NCBI GenBank assembly: GCA_031367385.1
Contig: JANLPS010000126.1
Location: 1 to 26,351, forward strand
From: Archangium sp.
Lineage (GTDB): Bacteria > Myxococcota > Myxococcia > Myxococcales > Myxococcaceae
Reading direction: 5' to 3'
Length of the DNA: 26,351 nucleotides
A program made the position numbers and the translations under genes. Below, one piece after another: positions 20,589-26,351 of the stretch. Every line of letters begins with the position of its first letter. Position 1 is the first letter of the stretch. The notes beneath the pieces were generated by a model, which was given only the letters and a program-made list of their open reading frames with translations, did not search any database and was not told the DNA's origin.

Positions 20589-22228
20589 TTACTTCACCAG
20601 CAACCGCTTTGCATTGACCGTGAGGTCCTGCGCGTAGAACGACGAGGTCTCGGTTGGGCCCAGGTAGCCATTGAGAATCACGTCGACCGACGCCGTGCCC
20701 GCGGGTATCGGCTGCGCCAACAGGTCGAGGCTGGCATAGCTGCGTTGTGCCAAGCGGTCGGAGTCGAGGGCGCTGATCAACGTGCCCGACGAGTTGTTGA
20801 AGAGCACACGCAAACGCACGAATGACGAGGGGTCGGTGAAGGTCGCGGCGGCGAAGAGGCGGGCGTCGAGCACGTCGCCAGCTTGAAAGCTGGGCATGGT
20901 GAAGCGCTTGACGATGCCGGTGTCGATGGGAGGCAGCTTCGATTGGTCACCACCCCATTTGCTGTTCCACAACGTGACCCACTTGTCGGAGGCCATCGCG
21001 AAGTAATCGCCGCCGAACTCGGTCCACCCTCCGGGTTGCTTGGTGGGGCCGCCAGGGGTGCCGAGCGAATCGTCAGCAACCGAAGTGACCTTGAAGGTGT
21101 CTTTGGGGGCGTAGGTGGCGTCGAGCTTCGAGAAGAAGATCGCGCTGGTCTCGTCTGCCGCCATCAGCGCCATCGGGGCGATCGCGATTCGGCGAGCGTT
21201 GAGCGGTACGGCTGATTCGAACAGGGTGGTCTTGCGCACGTTGCCCTTGCCGATCTTGTGATTTGCATCGACGCGAATCAACGCGCTCGCGGAGTCGAAG
21301 TAGTAGAGCACCAGGGTCGCGTCGCTGTTGCTGCTGGTGAAGGCGGCGTTGATATTGGCGGTGATGGTGATGGTCGCGCCAGATGTCGGGCAGACCTCGA
21401 GAAATTTCACGAAGCCGGTGGTCGCGGGCTTCGGCGCGGCCGGGTCACCGCCGGTCGGGTTCCACACCCGCGCGGTGGCGCCGTCGGTGTACCAGTCGCC
21501 GTTGAACTCCAGGTCGTAGCCGGAGTTCATCGGCCAGGCAGACGTATTCGGTACCGCCGCGAAGTCGTCGCTGATCAGCAACGCCTGGCGCGCCATGTTG
21601 CCCGAGCTGCTGCAGCTCGCGGTGACGTCGTAGGCGATGGCCGCGATGCTGGGTGAGGTGCCGGTCGAGCTGTTGCCGCGGGTGACGGTGCCATTCGCTG
21701 CGAGGGTGAAGCCGGTCTGAAAGGTGCCGGTCGTGCCGTTCGGCCAGGTGATGCCGCCTTCGGTGGCGACGAAGTCGGTCGTGCTGGCACCGACGCGCGC
21801 GGCGTAGATCAGCTGCGTGCCCGCGGGCACGCTGATCAGAATGGTCTGGGTGCCGTTCGCGGCGACGGGGGGCACGATGAAGGCCGAGACGTTGACAGTG
21901 AGGGCCGCTTGCCGCACCGCCGCGCGGGTGGTGGCGGTGTTGCGCATGTACGCGGTGAACGCGTTGAGCGCGGTCGCGTCGAAGCCGGTCGGAGGCAGCG
22001 TCGAGATGACGCCTTCTCCGAGCGCGAAGCTGCTCGTGTTCGAGATGGTCACCTGAACCGTCTTCGTGGTGGGCGCGATCAGCGCGGCGCGAATGACGGC
22101 GTCGTTCGAGTCACCGGGCACGAAGGTGAGCGAGCTGTCGGTGGTCGGGCGGCATTGCAGGCCGCGAGAAGCAGCGTTCCGACAGCGGCTGAGAAATGGC
22201 GTGCGGCACGACGCGGTTGGGTTCTCAT
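20589..22228 (-). pseudogene. Large beta-rich lipoprotein with a frameshift just after the lipobox (pseudogene or sequencing error)
   Basis: The signal peptide MRTQPRRAARHFSAAVGTLLLAAC starts at ATG 22228 in one frame. The mature body (PTTDSSLTFVPG...) is in the frame ending at 20589. One extra base in the run at 22147-22149 would join them. Confidence 0.72.
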
Positions 22229-22530
22229 CCGCGCCAAAGGGTATCTGCCCATTGCCATTGAGGAAAATGTGCACGCATGGAGGAAAAATGCGCTGTTGCG
22301 ACACCTCGTCGAACGGGCTGATTTTATTGCAAAACACGTTTCGGGCGCTGGTGCCGGGAGGTCGGCCAATCAGAGTGCATGTCGCACCTTTTCTCGGCGG
22401 ACGGATATGACGTGCGAGGACGGTGATGGTCGGCGCGATGCCGGGCTTGCTCACGAAGGACCTGGCGCGGTGCTTCTCGCCGTCGCGGGCGTCGATGCTG
22501 TTCACGGGCCGCGGCGCTTCAAAGGCGAGG

Positions 22531-22662
22531 GGGCAACCCTCCGACACGGCCGGCGCATGGGGCGCCATGGTGCGGGTCATCGAGACCGGCGCTGCATTGT
22601 TGGGCGACAAGTTCGCCGTCGCGGCCCTCGAAGAAGGCGAAGATCACGGCCTGCGCGACGAC
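22531..22662 (+). pseudogene. Remnant of a DUF2383/PA2169-type ferritin-like four-helix-bundle gene
   Basis: GQPSDTAGAWGAMVRVIETGAALLGDKFAVAALEEGEDHGLRD resembles, from recall, the family's G.WG...LEEGEDHGL.DY segment. The flanks do not look coding. Confidence 0.6.
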
Positions 22663-22796
22663 CGCCGATGCTCCCACGCCCACGAACACCTCAGGGAGGG
22701 CCAGAACGGGCAGCGAGCGAGTGCGCCGCAACACGCCAGTCAGCGCCGCCGCGACCCGAACTGCGCGGAGTCGCCCGCGGGAAATGCTGGTAGAGC

Positions 22797-25061
22797 GTGC
22801 TCGCCGTGGCCCCGCCGTCTGACAGCCCGTATGCCCTGGTCGCGGTCGGCCGCCCTGTTCGCGGCGAGTTCACCTACGCAGTGCCCGACGCCATGCGCGG
22901 CACCCTCGAGCCTGGCGCGCGCATTCGAGTGCCCTTCGGCCGTGGCACGGCGCTGGGGTTCTACCTCGCTCCGGCCGACCCACCTTCGCCCGAGGTCGCC
23001 AAGAAGCTGCGCAACATCGAGTCGGTGCTCGACGCCAAGCCGGCGTTCACACCTGACATCGTCGAGCTCGTTCGCTTCGCCGCCGCGCACTATCGCTACC
23101 CGCTGGGTGAAGCGCTGCGCTCGACGCTGCCTCCGGGGCTCACCAAAGCCGACGAAGAGAAGGAGGCCAAGGCCGACCTGATTCACTTCGCGGTGGCGCT
23201 GCCCGAGGCCGACCTGGGCTCGCTGACCCGTGCGTACGCGCAGCACGCCACGCTCTCGTATTTGCTCGCGGTCGGCGGCCGGGCGAACGTCGAAGAGGTC
23301 GCTCACGCCATACCCGGTGCGCGCGGGCACTTGATCAAGCTGGCCGAGCGCCGCTTCGTGCGCCTCGAATCAGAGGTGGTGCAGTCGAGCGTTCGCGAAG
23401 GCCTGGCGCAGAACCGGCCGGCGGCGCTGACCGAAGAGCAAGCCGTCGCGGTCGAGAAACTCTCGGCGGCGCTCGATGCCGGTGGGTACGCCCCGTATCT
23501 GCTTCACGGAGTGACCGGCAGCGGCAAGACCGAGGTCTACCTGCGATTGGCCGAGCGCGCGCTCGAACGAGAACAAGGCGCGCTCATCTTGGTGCCGGAG
23601 ATCGCCCTCACGCCCCAACTCGTCGGCCGATTTCGAAGCCGCTTCGGTCAGCGGGTGGCGGTGCTGCACTCCGCGCTCAAAGACCGCGAACGGTTGCGGG
23701 CCTGGCAGCAGCTGCGCACCGGAGCCCTGCGCATCGCCGTCGGCGTGCGCTCGGCCATCTTCGCGCCGGTGCAGAACCTCGGGCTCATCGTGGTCGATGA
23801 AGAGCATGACCCCTCGTTCAAGCAAGACGAGAAGCTGCGGTATCAGGCACGTGACCTGGCCGTGGTGCGGGCGAATCAGGCGAAGTGCCTGGTCGTGCTC
23901 GGCAGCGCGACGCCCTCGCTCGAGTCGTTGGAGAACGCGCGCAAGGGCCGCTACCAGCGCGTCACCATGACCCGCCGGGTCGATGACCGCCCGATGCCGA
24001 CGGTGAGCCTGGTCGACCTGCGCGTCACTCGGCCCCGCACGCCAGAGAACCGCGGCACCGAACCGCCCGTGCTCTCTGACCCGTTGCGCGAGGCGATGCA
24101 GCAGACCCTCGACAAGGGCCAGCAGGTGATTCTCTTTCTCAACCGTCGCGGGCACGCCACGTTTCTGACCTGCGAAGTGTGCGGCCAGAGCCTCAAGTGC
24201 CCCGAGTGCGATGTGTGCATGACCCTGCATCTCTCGTCTCGCCGAGTGCAGTGCCACTACTGCGGCCGGGCCGAGCCGGTGCCGAGCCAATGCGCCCAGT
24301 GCAGCGGGCCCTTGCTCAAGCTCGGCGTGGGCACCGAGCGCATCGAGGCCGAGGTCGCCGAGGCTTTTCCACGCGCGCGGGTGGCCAGGCTCGATCGCGA
24401 CGCGGTGACTTCGAACGAGAAGCTCACCGAGCTGCTCTCGGGCTTCGCGCGCCGTGAAATCGACGTTCTGGTCGGCACCCAGATGGTCGCCAAGGGTCAC
24501 GATTTTCCCGGGGTGACGTTGGTCGCGGTGGTGATGGCTGATACCGCCCTCGCCCTGCCCGACTTTCGCGCCGCGGAGCGAACCTTTCATTTGCTGACCC
24601 AGGTCGCCGGCCGCGCTGGCCGCGGAGTCGACCCGGGCCGCGTGCTGGTGCAGTCGTACAACCCAGAGGCCCCGCCGATCGCGTACATGCTTCGAAACGA
24701 CTACGACGGGTTCTCCGAAGCCGAGCTGCGACGAAGGCAAGACATGGCGTGGCCCCCCACCACCCGCATGGCGGCGATTCGCATCGAGGGAGAGTCGCCG
24801 GGGCAGACCCAGCAGGTCGCCGAGCAGCTGGGGCGGCTGATGGCGCGTCATCTGCCCGACTCGTCTCAGGGCGTGCGATTACTCGGGCCCGCTCCTGCGC
24901 CCATCGCCAGAATCAAGGGCAAGACCCGGTGGCAGCTGGTGATCAAAGGCCCGACCCACGCGCACCTGCATCGCCCGTTGGCCGCGGTCGAGGCGGTGCT
25001 CGACGAGGTGCCCTCGGCCGTCAAGGTCGTCATCGATGTCGACCCGGGCGCGATGCTCTGA
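22797..25061 (+). CDS. priA: Primosomal protein N' (replication restart helicase)
   Basis: GVTGSGKTEVY, LVPEIALTPQ, DEEH, GSATPS, four CxxC zinc motifs, GTQMVAKGHDFP, QVAGRAGR, terminal DVDP. Confidence 0.98.
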   Translation: MLAVAPPSDSPYALVAVGRPVRGEFTYAVPDAMRGTLEPGARIRVPFGRGTALGFYLAPADPPSPEVAKKLRNIESVLDAKPAFTPDIVELVRFAAAHYRYPLGEALRSTLPPGLTKADEEKEAKADLIHFAVALPEADLGSLTRAYAQHATLSYLLAVGGRANVEEVAHAIPGARGHLIKLAERRFVRLESEVVQSSVREGLAQNRPAALTEEQAVAVEKLSAALDAGGYAPYLLHGVTGSGKTEVYLRLAERALEREQGALILVPEIALTPQLVGRFRSRFGQRVAVLHSALKDRERLRAWQQLRTGALRIAVGVRSAIFAPVQNLGLIVVDEEHDPSFKQDEKLRYQARDLAVVRANQAKCLVVLGSATPSLESLENARKGRYQRVTMTRRVDDRPMPTVSLVDLRVTRPRTPENRGTEPPVLSDPLREAMQQTLDKGQQVILFLNRRGHATFLTCEVCGQSLKCPECDVCMTLHLSSRRVQCHYCGRAEPVPSQCAQCSGPLLKLGVGTERIEAEVAEAFPRARVARLDRDAVTSNEKLTELLSGFARREIDVLVGTQMVAKGHDFPGVTLVAVVMADTALALPDFRAAERTFHLLTQVAGRAGRGVDPGRVLVQSYNPEAPPIAYMLRNDYDGFSEAELRRRQDMAWPPTTRMAAIRIEGESPGQTQQVAEQLGRLMARHLPDSSQGVRLLGPAPAPIARIKGKTRWQLVIKGPTHAHLHRPLAAVEAVLDEVPSAVKVVIDVDPGAML

Positions 25062-25077
25062 CGCGCGCCTGCTCTCG

Positions 25078-25121
25078 ATGGTTATCATAGCCATGCTTAT
25101 AATCATGACTATGATATTCAT
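25078..25121. repeat. AT-rich imperfect palindrome between priA and the MBL gene
   Basis: TATCATAGCCATGCTTA|TAATCATGACTATGATA (25083-25116) pairs at 15/17 positions and contains TATAAT at 25098-25103. Confidence 0.7.
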
Positions 25122-25177
25122 GACTCTCACCGCACACGACTGGTGCAGCGGGTCAGTGAAGCCGGTAGTCAGCGGGC

Positions 25178-25951
25178 ATGAAACGAGCCCTGATTGCCCT
25201 CGCCGTATTGATTGTGGTGCCTGTGCTGGCCTTCGCCGGCCTGATGGCTTCGACGTTCGCCGGCAACATGGAGTTGGTCGACGGCGTCGACCTGCCCGGC
25301 CAGGCGCGCCTGGTCAAAGATGGGTTTGTGGCGCTCTTCGTGCTGCCCGCGGGCGACAAAGAAGTGGCGTTGATCGACTGTGGCAACGACGAAAAAGGAA
25401 CTGCCGTGCTGGCAGAGCTCACCCGGCGGGGGCTCGGCCCAGATGCAGTGAAAGCCATCTTCCTGACCCACGGGCACCCCGACCACATCGCCGGGTGTCA
25501 CCTCTTCACCCAGGCCAAGGTCTATGGGCTCGCCGGTGACGTGCCGGTCGCCAACGGCACCGGGCGAAGCAAAGGGTTTCTGCCCTCGAAGATGGAGACC
25601 CCAGAAGCCAAGCGCATTCAAATCACCAACACCGTGACCGACGGGCAGATGGTCAATGTCGGCGAGCTCAACGTCAAAGTCTTCGCCGTGCCAGGCCACA
25701 CCGCCGGCAGCGCCAGCTACCTCGCCAACAACACGCTCTTCATGGGCGACAACGGCACTGGCGCGAGCAACGGCACGATGAAGCCAGCCCCGTGGGTCTT
25801 CAGCGACGACAGCGCGCAAAATCAGCGCTCGCTCGAAGCGCTCGGCAAGCGCATCACCCTCGAGGCTGACGATGTGAGGGCGCTGGCCTTCGCGCACTCC
25901 GGGCCCTTCGAGAGCGCCGAGGCCCTGACCGCGTTTCACGCCAAGGAGTAG
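25178..25951 (+). CDS. MBL-fold metallo-hydrolase with N-terminal signal/anchor
   Basis: LIDCG, THGHPDH, PGHTAGS, FMGD, FAH; hydrophobic N-terminus. Confidence 0.92.
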   Translation: MKRALIALAVLIVVPVLAFAGLMASTFAGNMELVDGVDLPGQARLVKDGFVALFVLPAGDKEVALIDCGNDEKGTAVLAELTRRGLGPDAVKAIFLTHGHPDHIAGCHLFTQAKVYGLAGDVPVANGTGRSKGFLPSKMETPEAKRIQITNTVTDGQMVNVGELNVKVFAVPGHTAGSASYLANNTLFMGDNGTGASNGTMKPAPWVFSDDSAQNQRSLEALGKRITLEADDVRALAFAHSGPFESAEALTAFHAKE

Positions 25952-26068
25952 GCCCTTCCGGGCTCTTCACCGGGAGGCACAGCTCGCACTGGGTGAAGTG
26001 CGCGCGTCATACAGCTCGAGGCCCGCAGATACGCCAGCCGGGGGCGGCGCCAAGGTCTTCAACCCTGA

Positions 26069-26351
<283 letters not shown>

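Noticed and set aside
25062..25181. His-rich 39-aa stop-readthrough extension of PriA (RAPALDGYHSHAYNHDYDIHDSH...) ending in an ATGA overlap with the next gene
   Set aside because: PriA already ends at its canonical DVDP terminus. The His/Tyr/Asp content follows from the ATN-triplet palindrome, and nothing supports readthrough.

Overview
High-GC bacterial chromosomal window. The Cys-rich lipoproteins and gene styles suggest Myxococcota (inference). Housekeeping backbone: a 5'-truncated ArnT/GT39-type membrane glycosyltransferase with a coupled ABC exporter pair, secA plus a coupled GST, thrA-thrB-thrC, a CapA-family metallophosphoesterase, priA and the 5' start of ligA. Accessory genes are interleaved: three orphan ORFs splitting thrB from thrC, a TetR/SRPBCC/metallo-beta-lactamase module, and several lipoproteins. 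No rRNA, tRNA, CRISPR array, transposase, integrase or reverse transcriptase was seen. The most unusual signal is that several intergenic spacers consist of decayed copies of neighbouring gene ends. There are four degenerate tandem copies of the 3' end of a putative outer-membrane protein gene (18797-19220). An in-frame relic of the capA 3' end (60/78 identical, hand count) lies 2.36 kb away, directly before thrA, so the two copies bracket the TetR module. Weaker echoes follow other genes. Two accessory genes carry single, identifiable frameshifts. All alignments were done by eye.
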